Positions 16,733-26,826 are shown, counted from the stretch's first letter. The stretch is DNA of 32,000 nt from Planctopirus limnophila DSM 3776 (GCF_000092105.1 NC_014148.1:2670001-2702000), one strand, 5' to 3'. Made by a program: numbers and translations. The notes: generated by a model from the letters alone, not told the origin.

Positions 16733-18025
16733 GTGAGTGGTTTCGTGGCAATTACGTCAGTTGTCGGTCTGCAATGGGGCGATGAAGCCAAAGGGAAAAT
16801 CGTTGATCTCCTGACGGACGAACACGAAATCGTCGTTCGCTATCAAGGAGGCAATAACGCGGGCCATACCGTCAAATTCGATGGGCAGACCTACAAGCTC
16901 TCTTTGCTCCCCACAGGGATTCTTCGCCCCGGTGTGACGGCTGTGATTGGCAACGGCGTGGTCGTGAACCCGGAAGCATTGTTGAAGGAAATCGGTACTC
17001 TCCGCTCGCAAGGCGTGAAGGTCGAAGGGAATCTGCTCCTTTCTGATCGAGCCCATGTGATTCTGCCCTACCACGTAGCTGAAGATCTCGCTGCTGAGCG
17101 ATCACAGAAGAAGGATGCCATCGGCACCACAGGGAGAGGCATTGGCTACTGCTATCGCGATAAGGCGGGTCGCAGCCAGGCAGTGCGTGTGGGCGATCTT
17201 TATCATCCCGAAAGTCTGAAGCAGCGATTATCCGGCATTGTCGATTCCAAAAATCACGTGCTTTCGGCACTGGACCCGGAATTCAAACCGTTCTCTTCTG
17301 ACGAAATCTTCACTCTCACCCAACAGTATGCCGAGACTTTGCGGCCGTTTGTGACAGACACCGTCGCCTGGCTTCACAAAGCCATTGGGGCCGGGAAGAA
17401 TATCCTTTTTGAAGGTGCCCAAGGGAGCCTGCTCGACGTCGATCACGGCACCTACCCATTCGTAACGTCATCCAACAGTTCAGCCGCCGGGATTCATCCC
17501 GGTAGTGGTGTGCCCGAACGTCTGATTGAACAGATGATTGGAGTGGTCAAGGCTTACACCACTCGAGTTGGTGGCGGCCCATTCCCGACAGAACTCAACA
17601 ATGAGATCGGCCAGCATATTCGTGATGTGGGTCGGGAGTATGGCACGGTCACGGGCCGACCCAGACGTTGCGGCTGGTTTGACGCCGTCGCAGCAGGGCA
17701 TGGAGCCAAAATCTGCGGCGTCGATTGCATTTCCCTCATGCTGCTGGATGTCCTCAGTCAGCTCGATGAACTCAAAATCTGCGAAGCCTATGAGATCCAC
17801 GGCGAGCGAACGACCGATTTCCCGGCTCACGTTGAAGATTTAGCAGCAGCGAAGCCTGTCTACCGCACCATTCCAGGCTGGAAGACAGAGATCAGCCACA
17901 TCACCCGTCTGGGTGATCTCCCGACTGGGGCGCGGAAGTACATCGATACCGTGGGTGAATTGATGGGGAAGCAGGTCAAAATCGTGTCTGTCGGCCCGGA
18001 TCGTGCCCAAACGATTCTTGGCTGA
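16733..18025 (+). CDS. purA: adenylosuccinate synthetase
   Basis: [38 protein letters not shown] and [18 protein letters not shown]-like blocks. The start is GTG 16733 or GTG 16745. Confidence 0.92.
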   Translation: MSGFVAITSVVGLQWGDEAKGKIVDLLTDEHEIVVRYQGGNNAGHTVKFDGQTYKLSLLPTGILRPGVTAVIGNGVVVNPEALLKEIGTLRSQGVKVEGNLLLSDRAHVILPYHVAEDLAAERSQKKDAIGTTGRGIGYCYRDKAGRSQAVRVGDLYHPESLKQRLSGIVDSKNHVLSALDPEFKPFSSDEIFTLTQQYAETLRPFVTDTVAWLHKAIGAGKNILFEGAQGSLLDVDHGTYPFVTSSNSSAAGIHPGSGVPERLIEQMIGVVKAYTTRVGGGPFPTELNNEIGQHIRDVGREYGTVTGRPRRCGWFDAVAAGHGAKICGVDCISLMLLDVLSQLDELKICEAYEIHGERTTDFPAHVEDLAAAKPVYRTIPGWKTEISHITRLGDLPTGARKYIDTVGELMGKQVKIVSVGPDRAQTILG

Positions 18026-18081
18026 TCCTGGTCTATTCCTTTAGGTTGAAACTTCTCTTTGCGCAGGCAGGATGCTCTTGA

Positions 18082-18777
18082 ATGGACTCTCTCAAGCAGA
18101 TCGTCGAATTCGTCCTGCACTTTGATAAGTATCTCCAGGGGTTCATCGAAAACTACGGCACCTGGACCTACGCGATTCTTTTCGCAATCGTCTTCGCTGA
18201 GACGGGCTTGATCTTCATGCCGTTTCTGCCGGGGGATTCTCTGTTGTTTGCAGCAGGGGCCTTGGCGGGAGCCAGTTCGCTCTCATTGCCGGCCCTGTGG
18301 ATATTGTTGACGATTGCGGCCATTGCAGGCGATGCCGTGAACTACCTGGTCGGCCGCTGGTTTGGAGAACGCTTACTGAGCGCAAAAAGATTTCGGCTGG
18401 TCAAACCCGAACATCTCACGAAGACGGAAGAATTCTTTCAGAAGTACGGCAGCAAAACGATTGTCATCGCGCGGTTTGTCCCGATTGTCCGCACGGTGGC
18501 ACCATTTGTCGCGGGCATGGGCAAAATGCCCTATCGCGTCTTTTCTGTTTACAACATTGCAGGTGGTATTCTCTGGGTTTCCACCTGTCTGATCGCCGGT
18601 TATCTCTTTGGCGGCCTGCCATTCGTCAAGGACAATTTTTCGCTGGTCGTTCTCGGCATTGTTATTGTCTCTGTCCTGCCCATTGCCTGGGAACTGGCTG
18701 CCGGTTATCTCCGTGGGCGAAAAGCAGTAGCAGCACCAGCACCCGAGACCACATCTTCTCCCGAAGAACCCGTCTAA
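18082..18777 (+). CDS. dedA: DedA-family (VTT domain) inner-membrane protein
   Basis: FAETGLIFMPFLPGDSLLFAAGAL, KTIVIARFVPIVRTVAPFVAGM and multiple TM segments. Confidence 0.85.
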   Translation: MDSLKQIVEFVLHFDKYLQGFIENYGTWTYAILFAIVFAETGLIFMPFLPGDSLLFAAGALAGASSLSLPALWILLTIAAIAGDAVNYLVGRWFGERLLSAKRFRLVKPEHLTKTEEFFQKYGSKTIVIARFVPIVRTVAPFVAGMGKMPYRVFSVYNIAGGILWVSTCLIAGYLFGGLPFVKDNFSLVVLGIVIVSVLPIAWELAAGYLRGRKAVAAPAPETTSSPEEPV

Positions 18778-18805
18778 TACGGATTCCAATAAATAACTGC
18801 GCGGC

Positions 18806-18889
18806 GGGTGGCTGGGGTTGAGTCTTCGAACCCCCAGCGATTTTTGGCACGAACTGGGGGTTCGCGAAGACGCTCAACCCCAGCCACCC
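18806..18889. repeat. 84-nt near-perfect palindrome (32 bp of stem) in the dedA 3' region
   Basis: Three stem segments: 18806-18822 with 18873-18889 (17 bp), 18823-18828 with 18865-18870 (6 bp), and 18829-18837 with 18854-18862 (9 bp). There are two 2-nt bulges and a 16-nt loop. Confidence 0.7.
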
Positions 18890-18957
18890 CAGACCAAGGA
18901 GCGCAGTTGAATACTGGAACCCGTCTGAAATCAGTTTCATTCGCTGCATTCAAGCCA

Positions 18958-18993
18958 AGATCCCGATCAGAAAATTCTGACCGGGATCTTTTT
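18958..18993 (+). terminator. Rho-independent terminator of dedA
   Basis: agatcccgatcag (18958-18970), loop aaaatt, ctgaccgggatct (18977-18989) with one mismatch, running into ttttt (18989-18993). Confidence 0.7.
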
Positions 18994-19045
18994 GTTGAAA
19001 CATCAGTATTCGTTCAACGCGTTCGCCTGACCCGAACAAATGTCC

Positions 19046-21166
19046 TTAGTCTTGAGCAAGAAGTGCCTGCACTGCGTCGATAATGACGTGGCCATCGGTC
19101 TTGTCATTCGAGATGACGACATTCACCGTCTGCCCCGCATTTAACGTCATGCGGCCCAGAGTATGAAAGCCATCTTTCCCGGCAGCATTTCGCTGATTGA
19201 CTCTGGTCTCGGTTCGTAACGTCCCTGCTTCAACCACCACTGGGACATTACTCGCGCGGTTGGCATTCGGCGTCCAACTCATACGAATGTCATAACTCCC
19301 TGTCTTGGGAATCTTCAGTTCGAAAAGAGCCGATTTCTCCCCCTTCTGCTCGTTTCCATCGGTCTGATATCCACTGCCGACAAATCCGCTGATCGAACCA
19401 CTGGCTGTCCATTCGCCCTTGGTTCTTGCCAACGCGTCATCGACGACAACCCCAGGCAATGAACTTGGCACAATCCCCGCTGCTCCACCGCGAGAACCTT
19501 GCCATTCCAGCACCTGCTTGTCTTCCAGCAGCTTCTCCCGCAATTTCGCATAATCCACATCTTGAACGGTGGTTTTGCCATCGATGGCAAAGCTGGCTGC
19601 TGTCGCTGCCGACTGCCCGAGCACCATAAAGACAGGCTCCATGCGAATCGAACCATAAGAGATGTGCGAGGCCGACAAGCAGACCGGCACCAGCAGATTG
19701 GTGACGTGCTCTTTCGCCGGGCGAATGCTCTTGTAGGAAATGGGGTAGGGGGGGACACCCACCTGAATATCGCCTTCGTTCCGCACGTAGCCTTCTTTGG
19801 TCACATACCGCTGGCAGTTGTGCGAATCCATATTATAGGCACCCATTCCGACGGAATCTTCGGCTGTGACTTTACGCTGGCAATTGTGCTGAGTCATCAC
19901 ATAGTCCGAGATCATGCGACGAGCCTCACGCACATACAGCTGCGGCGGCCAGTTATCGGTCTCCACAAACTCGTCTTTGGCCAGCCCTAACTTCTGGAAA
20001 TGATCGCGAATCTCCTGCGGTACGCGGGGATGATTCGCCAGCGTCCACATCAGACCCTGCTGGTATCGCTTGTGATCATCGATGATGGCCTGCCGTTTGG
20101 CATAGTCGGCATCGGGATACTCGTAGTTTGCCCCAATGTAATCTGTCGAAACTGCGAAATTGTTATTCGTGTCGGTCTTACGATTGGGCATCCAGACAGG
20201 ATTCCACGACTTGCGATGATCACCCGCCTCACAGTTTCTGAGCACCAGCTCATACGTTTTTTCGTCATAACCTTCGGGCTTTGGCCAGGCACGGCGATTC
20301 TCCGCCACATCGGTCGTACACATGCGATAGTTGTAAGCCTGCACGCGATGATCACCAGCACCTTCTTCTCCAGGGCCGCCGGCCTGAATCAGAGGAATCA
20401 GCCCACTCTCTGGCTTGCCCGGAATCACATAAGGATCAACCTTGTGTGTGAACTGATGGTGAGTCGATTTTTCCACGCGAATCCCGTTCAGTGTCTCGCC
20501 GTAAACTTTTTCGCCCTCACGCCCCACATGATAAGGCACGCCAGCTTTGGCCATCAGGTCGCCTTCATAGGTGGCGTCGATGAACACCTTACCCGCGTAT
20601 ACCTTCCCCGATTCCATGCTGATCGATTCAATGGCTTTGGTTGCGGGATTTTTCTTCACACCGTTCTTGAGATCGAGCCGCTCATTCATCACGACTTGAA
20701 TCGTGGGGTATTCAGCCAGCCAGTCTTTATAAACCTTCGTCGCGACATGTGGTTCGAAGGTCCACATTTCATTCTCACCACTCGATTTACGCCGCTCATT
20801 GTATTTAGACGCGCTTTCGTGCACCCAGTTTTTGGGGTCGGCATACCACTTTCCGACTCGCTGATAGAACTCACGCGAGAGTCCACCAATGGCCGCTTTA
20901 TTTCCAATATCAGTAGCACCGAGTCCACCCGTCGTTAATCCTCCCAGATGATTCGATGGCTCAATGACGACAACCGATTTTCCCAATCGGGCCGACTGAA
21001 TCGCAGCGGCAATCCCGCCCGAAGTCCCACCATAAACCACGATGTCATACGTTTTGGCTATACCTGGCGAGACCTGACCTCTCACTGAATTGGCCAACGG
21101 AAGAGTGATCACACTGAGCGTAAATGCCCAAATGACTGGAAAGCGAAAACGGTGCGGCAAAATCAT
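19046..21166 (-). CDS. secreted FAD-dependent oxidoreductase with a C-terminal carbohydrate-binding-like (golvesin/Xly-like) domain
   Basis: Signal peptide MILPHRFRFPVIWAFTLSVITLPLANSVRG. Dinucleotide fold YDIVVYGGTSGGIAAAIQSARLGKSVVVIEPSNHLGGLTTGG. The C-terminal ~140 aa (GEWTASGSISGFVGSGYQTDG...DGHVIIDAVQAL) resemble a beta-sandwich binding module. Confidence 0.75.
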   Translation of the reverse strand: MILPHRFRFPVIWAFTLSVITLPLANSVRGQVSPGIAKTYDIVVYGGTSGGIAAAIQSARLGKSVVVIEPSNHLGGLTTGGLGATDIGNKAAIGGLSREFYQRVGKWYADPKNWVHESASKYNERRKSSGENEMWTFEPHVATKVYKDWLAEYPTIQVVMNERLDLKNGVKKNPATKAIESISMESGKVYAGKVFIDATYEGDLMAKAGVPYHVGREGEKVYGETLNGIRVEKSTHHQFTHKVDPYVIPGKPESGLIPLIQAGGPGEEGAGDHRVQAYNYRMCTTDVAENRRAWPKPEGYDEKTYELVLRNCEAGDHRKSWNPVWMPNRKTDTNNNFAVSTDYIGANYEYPDADYAKRQAIIDDHKRYQQGLMWTLANHPRVPQEIRDHFQKLGLAKDEFVETDNWPPQLYVREARRMISDYVMTQHNCQRKVTAEDSVGMGAYNMDSHNCQRYVTKEGYVRNEGDIQVGVPPYPISYKSIRPAKEHVTNLLVPVCLSASHISYGSIRMEPVFMVLGQSAATAASFAIDGKTTVQDVDYAKLREKLLEDKQVLEWQGSRGGAAGIVPSSLPGVVVDDALARTKGEWTASGSISGFVGSGYQTDGNEQKGEKSALFELKIPKTGSYDIRMSWTPNANRASNVPVVVEAGTLRTETRVNQRNAAGKDGFHTLGRMTLNAGQTVNVVISNDKTDGHVIIDAVQALLAQD

Positions 21167-21267
21167 AGGGAGTACCTCTGGAATGCGGTTACTGAATGAA
21201 CCTCAGTTACTTAACAGATCAACACCCGCTTATAACAGACTTGTACTCCAAAAACATCTCTCCACAC

Positions 21268-21858
21268 CTACTCATAAATGACGACCAGAAAGGTCAAAGC
21301 GTCTCCTTTGCCTCGATTTTCAATCGCATGGGGGACATCCGCGCGGTAACTCGCTGAATCTCCTTTGCCAAGTTCTCGTTGTTCACCGGCAGAGTGAATA
21401 CAGATTCGCCCCTGTTCGACAGTGATAAACTCGCGGGTCTTCTGGAAATGAGCCTCACTCCGCAACGCTCGCCCAGGCTTGATACGAAGTTGATAAAACT
21501 CGACGTCCTTTTCCAGCGGCAAAGGTGAAAGCGTGCGAATCTCGCAATCTTCATCGCTTCGATACAGATGCGCGGGGTCATCCCCTCGAATGACATGAAT
21601 ACCTGGAACCACATGTGGTGTTTCCACTAACTGGCCAATGGTCAGCCCGAAAGCCTGAGCGATTCGCGCAGTCACAGCCAGGGTAGGATTCGCCTGATTC
21701 CTCTCAATCTGACTGAGCATGGACCGACTCACACCGCTCGCTGAACTCAATTGATCGAGTGACCAGCCATTCTGCTGTCTTAATTCTCGCACACGATGAC
21801 AAAGCATTTGACTAATTGCGTCACTGGGCGTGGGCAGATCCGATGAGAGAGAGGTCAT
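21268..21858 (-). CDS. XRE-family HTH transcriptional regulator with a C-terminal cupin domain
   Basis: HTH: LRQQNGWSLDQLSSASGVSRSMLSQIERNQANPTLAVTARIAQAFG. The C-terminal half is cupin-like (GDSASYRADVPHAIEN). Transcribed divergently from tdh. Confidence 0.8.
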   Translation of the reverse strand: MTSLSSDLPTPSDAISQMLCHRVRELRQQNGWSLDQLSSASGVSRSMLSQIERNQANPTLAVTARIAQAFGLTIGQLVETPHVVPGIHVIRGDDPAHLYRSDEDCEIRTLSPLPLEKDVEFYQLRIKPGRALRSEAHFQKTREFITVEQGRICIHSAGEQRELGKGDSASYRADVPHAIENRGKGDALTFLVVIYE

Positions 21859-22016
21859 CGCGTAATTTTCATTCGTCTTGAGGATCGAAATACCATCTCT
21901 CCATGTTTTTCGAGAGATAATTCTATTTTTCGCTTGTTGTGATGCTTTACAGATTCTAACATACCGGAGACGATTTCCACTATACTAAACAAAGAATTCT
22001 CGGCGACAACACAGAC

Positions 22017-22033
22017 GATCAATTCTATTGATC
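22017..22033. promoter_or_regulatory. 17-bp palindrome gatcaat-tct-attgatc, a candidate operator in the tdh / XRE-regulator divergent region
   Basis: Perfect 7-bp inverted half-sites, 32 nt upstream of the tdh ATG. A -10-like TATACT lies at 21981-21986. Confidence 0.3.
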
Positions 22034-22064
22034 TCATTAAACACCCAGCATACGAAAGCACCCC

Positions 22065-23093
22065 ATGCACGGACTGGTCAAGCGCAAGGCCGATGTCGGA
22101 CTCTGGCTGGAAGATGTTCCCAAGCCCGAATACGGCATTAACGACGTTCTCATTCGTGTCAAAAAGACGGGCATCTGCGGCACCGATGTCCACATTTATA
22201 AATGGGATGACTGGGCTCAGAAGACGATTCCCGTTCCCATGGTGGTTGGACACGAGTTCGTGGGTGAAATCGTTGCGGTGGGTTCGAATGTCGTCGATTT
22301 CCACCCTGGCGACATCGTCAGTGGGGAAGGGCATGTGGTTTGTGGACGCTGCCGCAATTGCCTCGCGGGTCGCAGGCACCTGTGTGCCTTCACTAAAGGT
22401 GTGGGAGTCAATCGTCCCGGTGCCTTCGCCGAATACATTTCGCTCCCCATGTCGAATGTGTGGCATCACTCCTCAGACATAGACCTGGATGTGGCGTCCA
22501 TCTTCGACCCGTTCGGGAACGCTGTTCACACAGCCCTCTCCTTTGACCTCCTCGGTGAAGACGTATTGATCACAGGTGCCGGCCCGATTGGAATCATGGC
22601 TACTGCCATTGTGAGGCATGCCGGAGCTCGACATGTGGTGGTCACCGATTTGAATCCTTACCGCCTCGAACTGGCCCGCAAGATGGGAGCCACCGTCGCT
22701 GTTGATCCACGGGAGCAGGACTTACCTGCCGTCCAGGCACAGTTGGGCATGAAGGAAGGTTTCGACGTCGGCCTCGAAATGTCTGGTAATCCACATGCCT
22801 TCAATAGTCTCATCGCCAATATGGCTCACGGCGGCAAGATTGCAATGCTTGGCATCCCTGAAAAATCCATGGCCATCGACTGGAACACCGTGGTCTTTAA
22901 TATGTTGACTATCAAAGGCATCTATGGCCGGGAAATGTACGAAACCTGGTACAAGATGACCGTCATGCTCCAGAGCGGCCTGCAGATCGCCCCCGTCATT
23001 ACTCATCGCTACCACTACACCGAATTCCAGAAGGGTTTCGATGTCATGCTCAGCGGCCAATGCGGCAAAGTCGTGCTCGACTGGGAAACCTAA
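22065..23093 (+). CDS. tdh: L-threonine 3-dehydrogenase
   Basis: Zn-dependent MDR family: [30 protein letters not shown], the structural-zinc cluster [15 protein letters not shown] and GAGPIG. kbl follows directly. Confidence 0.92.
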   Translation: MHGLVKRKADVGLWLEDVPKPEYGINDVLIRVKKTGICGTDVHIYKWDDWAQKTIPVPMVVGHEFVGEIVAVGSNVVDFHPGDIVSGEGHVVCGRCRNCLAGRRHLCAFTKGVGVNRPGAFAEYISLPMSNVWHHSSDIDLDVASIFDPFGNAVHTALSFDLLGEDVLITGAGPIGIMATAIVRHAGARHVVVTDLNPYRLELARKMGATVAVDPREQDLPAVQAQLGMKEGFDVGLEMSGNPHAFNSLIANMAHGGKIAMLGIPEKSMAIDWNTVVFNMLTIKGIYGREMYETWYKMTVMLQSGLQIAPVITHRYHYTEFQKGFDVMLSGQCGKVVLDWET

Positions 23094-23119
23094 ATCTCTC
23101 CTTGCATTGAATATTGAGC

Positions 23120-23151
23120 AGGGTGCATGAAGTTCCGACGGAATGCACCCT
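23120..23151 (+). other. intercistronic hairpin between tdh and kbl
   Basis: agggtgcat (23120-23128) pairs with atgcaccct (23143-23151) across a 14-nt loop. No U-tract follows. Confidence 0.4.
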
Positions 23152-23209
23152 ACTCAGTAAATATGAACTGTTTAAAACGACTCTCTCTTTGCCTTCCCGA
23201 GATCGCCCC

Positions 23210-24394
23210 ATGTCCACACGATTTCTCGAACATATCTCCGGGCAACTGGATCAGATTCGCAGTGCCGGAACTTATAAGTCTGAGCGAGTCATCACGACTC
23301 CGCAGAATTCGAGCATTCAAGTTGCAGGGGGAAAGCCCGTCCTGAACTTCTGCGCGAATAACTATCTGGGATTGGCACAACATCCCGCAGTTCAGGCGGC
23401 GGCTGCCAAGGCTCTGGAAGAATGGGGCTACGGGCTTGCCTCAGTAAGATTTATCTGTGGTACTCAAGGACTACATAAACAACTTGAAAGTGCTCTCAGC
23501 AAGTTTCTCGGCATGGAGGATACCATTCTCTACTCCTCCTGCTTCGATGCGAATGGCGGGCTGTTCGAAACATTGCTGGGGGCGGAAGATGCTATCATCT
23601 CTGATGCACTCAACCATGCGAGCATCATCGATGGCATCCGCTTATGTAAAGCTCAACGGTTTCGCTATGCCAACAACAATATGACCGAGCTGGAAGAACG
23701 ACTTAAAGAAGCCTCCGGGGCTCGTTTTCGCCTCATCGCGACAGATGGCGTTTTCTCCATGGATGGTTACATCGCCAATCTTCCCGCAATCTGCGAACTG
23801 GCGGATAAGTACGATGCGATGATTATGGTCGATGATTCTCATGCTGTTGGTTTCACTGGCCCCAACGGGCGCGGAACGCACGAATACCACAACGTCATGG
23901 ATCGCATTGACATTATGACCGGTACGCTTGGTAAAGCCCTGGGAGGTGCCAGTGGAGGCTATACCAGTGGACGCCAGCCGATCATTGATCTCTTGAGACA
24001 ACGTTCAAGACCATACCTCTTTTCGAACACTCTCGCACCTCCCATTGCTGCGGCTTCGCTCAAGGCATTAGAGCTTCTGAGTGAATCGACTCATTTGCGT
24101 GATCAATTGGAGGCCAATACGGTCTGGTTTCGGAATGCACTGCAAAGTGCGGGGCTGAAGGTGCTTCCGGGGACGCACCCCATCTGCCCCGTCATGCTGG
24201 GTGATGCTGCCCTGGCGGCTCAATTTGCAGATCGCATGCTAGCCGAAGGAGTTTATGTCATCGGCTTCTCCTACCCGGTCGTTCCTCAAGGACAAGCCCG
24301 CATTCGTACACAGATTTCAGCGGCTCACTCGCAACACGATCTGGAAACAGCAGCGGCAGCATTTACTAAAGTCTGGAAAGAGCTGGCTGTCTAA
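23210..24394 (+). CDS. kbl: glycine C-acetyltransferase (2-amino-3-ketobutyrate CoA ligase)
   Basis: PLP alpha-oxoamine synthase family: [30 protein letters not shown] and [14 protein letters not shown] (PLP lysine). The canonical start MSTRFLEHI is at ATG 23210, whereas the ORF track starts at 23114. Confidence 0.9.
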   Translation: MSTRFLEHISGQLDQIRSAGTYKSERVITTPQNSSIQVAGGKPVLNFCANNYLGLAQHPAVQAAAAKALEEWGYGLASVRFICGTQGLHKQLESALSKFLGMEDTILYSSCFDANGGLFETLLGAEDAIISDALNHASIIDGIRLCKAQRFRYANNNMTELEERLKEASGARFRLIATDGVFSMDGYIANLPAICELADKYDAMIMVDDSHAVGFTGPNGRGTHEYHNVMDRIDIMTGTLGKALGGASGGYTSGRQPIIDLLRQRSRPYLFSNTLAPPIAAASLKALELLSESTHLRDQLEANTVWFRNALQSAGLKVLPGTHPICPVMLGDAALAAQFADRMLAEGVYVIGFSYPVVPQGQARIRTQISAAHSQHDLETAAAAFTKVWKELAV

Positions 24395-24468
24395 GCGATG
24401 TTATCCCGCTAGCGAATTACCCCCATCAATCGATTCTTGATTCTGCCTGGCTTCGACGGAGTTTTTCC

Positions 24469-26826
24469 ATGTCATATCGACACGTACTGATTTTGAGCCT
24501 CGCCTGCTGTCTATGGACAGAAAACCTCCTGGCGCAATCAGGAAAATCACAAGGTACGAAGCCAGCGGCAACGAAACCGGCAACCAAGCCCTCAGCCAAA
24601 TCCTCATCCAAAAAAGGGGCTCCTGCCCGCACAGAGACCTCCAAGTTTGATCCAGAACTCTGGAAGCCTCACCAGGATTTTCTTCTGGAAGGTGTCACTG
24701 AGATCAAAATTGGTGGTGCTCCCGGAACAATCCTCCCTTATGGCCCCGAATCTTTCCCTGTGGTGGTTTCGACCAACAAAGGGAAAACCAGTGTGGCAGC
24801 GGCGGCGGCTGAGTTCGGCAAAGGTCGAGTTGTGGCTCTTTGCCACAATGATCTGCTTGGCTCAGGCCCAGCCAATCACACGATGACTGGCCGCTTTATC
24901 AGCAACTGTATTGCCTGGGCTGGACACAAAGAAAAAGCTCCCGGAACAGTGAAGGTGGCTGTGATGGGGAAGCGAAATCTGTTTCAACAATTACAGTCCG
25001 CGAAGATCGCCGCCATTGAAGTCGGAGGGAAAAACTGGCTGGCACAAACTCGAGGAGCTGATGTCATCATTGCTGAAACTGATGGACTTGCTGATGACGA
25101 GCTTCGAGGACTTGAAGCGTTCGTCAAGGACGGCGGAGGACTGATTTCCGTCACCTTGATCTGGGCGTGGCAACAATATGGCAAAGGGGGCAACGCCGCC
25201 ACGGATAACCAATCAAACAAGCTCTTCTCAAAAGCCGGAATAGTCTGGCTGGATGCCACACAAGAAGGTCAGGATGAGATTTTCAAAGTCATTAATCCGG
25301 TTCCAAAGTTTTCCAATGCCGGCTATGCCACCCAGCATCTTAAGGATGCATTAGAGACGAAAGTCCCACCCACTGCCGAAGAAATGGCAATGATTGCCTC
25401 CACTCTGGAACCAGCACTGGTGGGCATTCCCTGGAAGATGGATCACGGAGTGGTCTCGCAATTGATTGCTTTTGTCGAAGATCTCAAAAAGCAGATCCCA
25501 GTCCCTACGTCGAAACAACCGGTCAAAGCCAAACAGGCCGACGCCAAGCTGCTGGTTGGTCTTCAGACAGGTTACTACCTGCAGCTTCCGTTGGAAGAGA
25601 TGAAGCCTGCTCCGACGGCGTCGGTTTTTCCGGGGGCAGTTCCAGCAAATGCTAAAAAGGTCACTCGAAAAGTGACGATCAACACCGAAACCACTCGCTG
25701 GAAAAGCACAGGGCTGTATGCAGCGCCGGGAACGCTGGTAAAGGTCAAAGTTCCCCGGAACATTGTGGGGCAGAAGTTTGAAATCCAGATTGGCAGTCAC
25801 TCCGACTCCCTCTGGTCGAAAGATGAATGGAGGCGACCACCGGCAGTCATCCGCCAGTTCCCCATCGACAAAGTCGAGTTTGAAGTTGGCAATGCTTATG
25901 GAGGGTTAATCTACGTTGTCGTTCCCCAGAAAACTCCTGCGGGAAAGTTTGAAGTCGAGTTTTCGAATGTGGTCGATGCACCCTATTTTGTGCATGGCGA
26001 AACGGATATCAGCGACTGGCGATTTACCATTCGTAACTATCCCGCCCCCTGGGCCGAACTGGAGACGAGACACCTTGTCATTACGGTGCCCAGCGAACTC
26101 GTCCGTAAGCTCGATTTTCCAGATAAGCTCATGAACCACTGGGCCGCAGTCCTCGATGCCTGTGCAGATCTCTATTCAATTTCGAGAAATCGACCTTATG
26201 CCGAGCGCTTTGTGTTCGACGATCAGATCAGTGCCGGGTTCATGCACAGTGGTTATCCCATCATGTGCTTTACAAATCCCTCGGCACCCGAAGTTGTCGA
26301 TCTCAATTTCCTTGAGAACAAAGGGGGTTGGGGTTTCTATCACGAGTTAGGCCATAATCACCAAAAGGGAGATTGGACTTTCCAGGGGACAGGTGAAGTG
26401 ACGAACAACCTCACACCTCTGTATGTCATTGACACCCTCACACCCAAAGCTTTTTCTCACGATGCGATTCAACAGCCTGAGCGTGACAATCGCGAACGCA
26501 AATATGTCATGAACGGTGCTCCATTCAGCACCTGGCAGGAAGATCCTTTCCTGGCTCTGACCATGTACATCCAACTCAAGGAACAATTCGGCTGGCAACC
26601 CTTCCGTGATGTCTTCCTGGAATACGAAAAGCTTCAGAAAGACGAGCACCCCAAATCGGAAATGGATAAACGCGATCAGTGGATGGTGCGGTTTTCACGT
26701 AAAGTGAATCGCAATTTAGGGCCGTTTTTCCAATATTGGGGAGTCCCCACGAGTGAAAATGCCCGCCAGATGATTAAAGATCTCCCCACCTGGATGCCAC
26801 CTGGGAGACCCGGTTCGCAAACCTGA
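24469..26826 (+). CDS. secreted M60-like (enhancin/TCAF-like) zinc metallopeptidase
   Basis: Signal peptide MSYRHVLILSLACCLWTENLLAQS, then a K/P/T/A-rich spacer. HEXXH as YHELGHNHQ (26341-26355), with a downstream Glu in GTGEV. Large N-terminal accessory domains. Confidence 0.75.
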   Translation: MSYRHVLILSLACCLWTENLLAQSGKSQGTKPAATKPATKPSAKSSSKKGAPARTETSKFDPELWKPHQDFLLEGVTEIKIGGAPGTILPYGPESFPVVVSTNKGKTSVAAAAAEFGKGRVVALCHNDLLGSGPANHTMTGRFISNCIAWAGHKEKAPGTVKVAVMGKRNLFQQLQSAKIAAIEVGGKNWLAQTRGADVIIAETDGLADDELRGLEAFVKDGGGLISVTLIWAWQQYGKGGNAATDNQSNKLFSKAGIVWLDATQEGQDEIFKVINPVPKFSNAGYATQHLKDALETKVPPTAEEMAMIASTLEPALVGIPWKMDHGVVSQLIAFVEDLKKQIPVPTSKQPVKAKQADAKLLVGLQTGYYLQLPLEEMKPAPTASVFPGAVPANAKKVTRKVTINTETTRWKSTGLYAAPGTLVKVKVPRNIVGQKFEIQIGSHSDSLWSKDEWRRPPAVIRQFPIDKVEFEVGNAYGGLIYVVVPQKTPAGKFEVEFSNVVDAPYFVHGETDISDWRFTIRNYPAPWAELETRHLVITVPSELVRKLDFPDKLMNHWAAVLDACADLYSISRNRPYAERFVFDDQISAGFMHSGYPIMCFTNPSAPEVVDLNFLENKGGWGFYHELGHNHQKGDWTFQGTGEVTNNLTPLYVIDTLTPKAFSHDAIQQPERDNRERKYVMNGAPFSTWQEDPFLALTMYIQLKEQFGWQPFRDVFLEYEKLQKDEHPKSEMDKRDQWMVRFSRKVNRNLGPFFQYWGVPTSENARQMIKDLPTWMPPGRPGSQT

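Noticed and set aside
18854-18870. tRNA T-arm-like strings: gggggttcg in the palindrome, and aggttcgac near 1385-1393.
   Set aside because: No acceptor, D or anticodon stems can be built around them. I found no tRNA, rRNA, tmRNA, RNase P or SRP RNA signature in the window.
18808-19083. 91-aa ORF (and the minus-strand ORF at 18662-18949) running through the large palindrome.
   Set aside because: It is an arginine/serine-rich translation of a structured repeat and a terminator. It overlaps the ends of two convergent genes.
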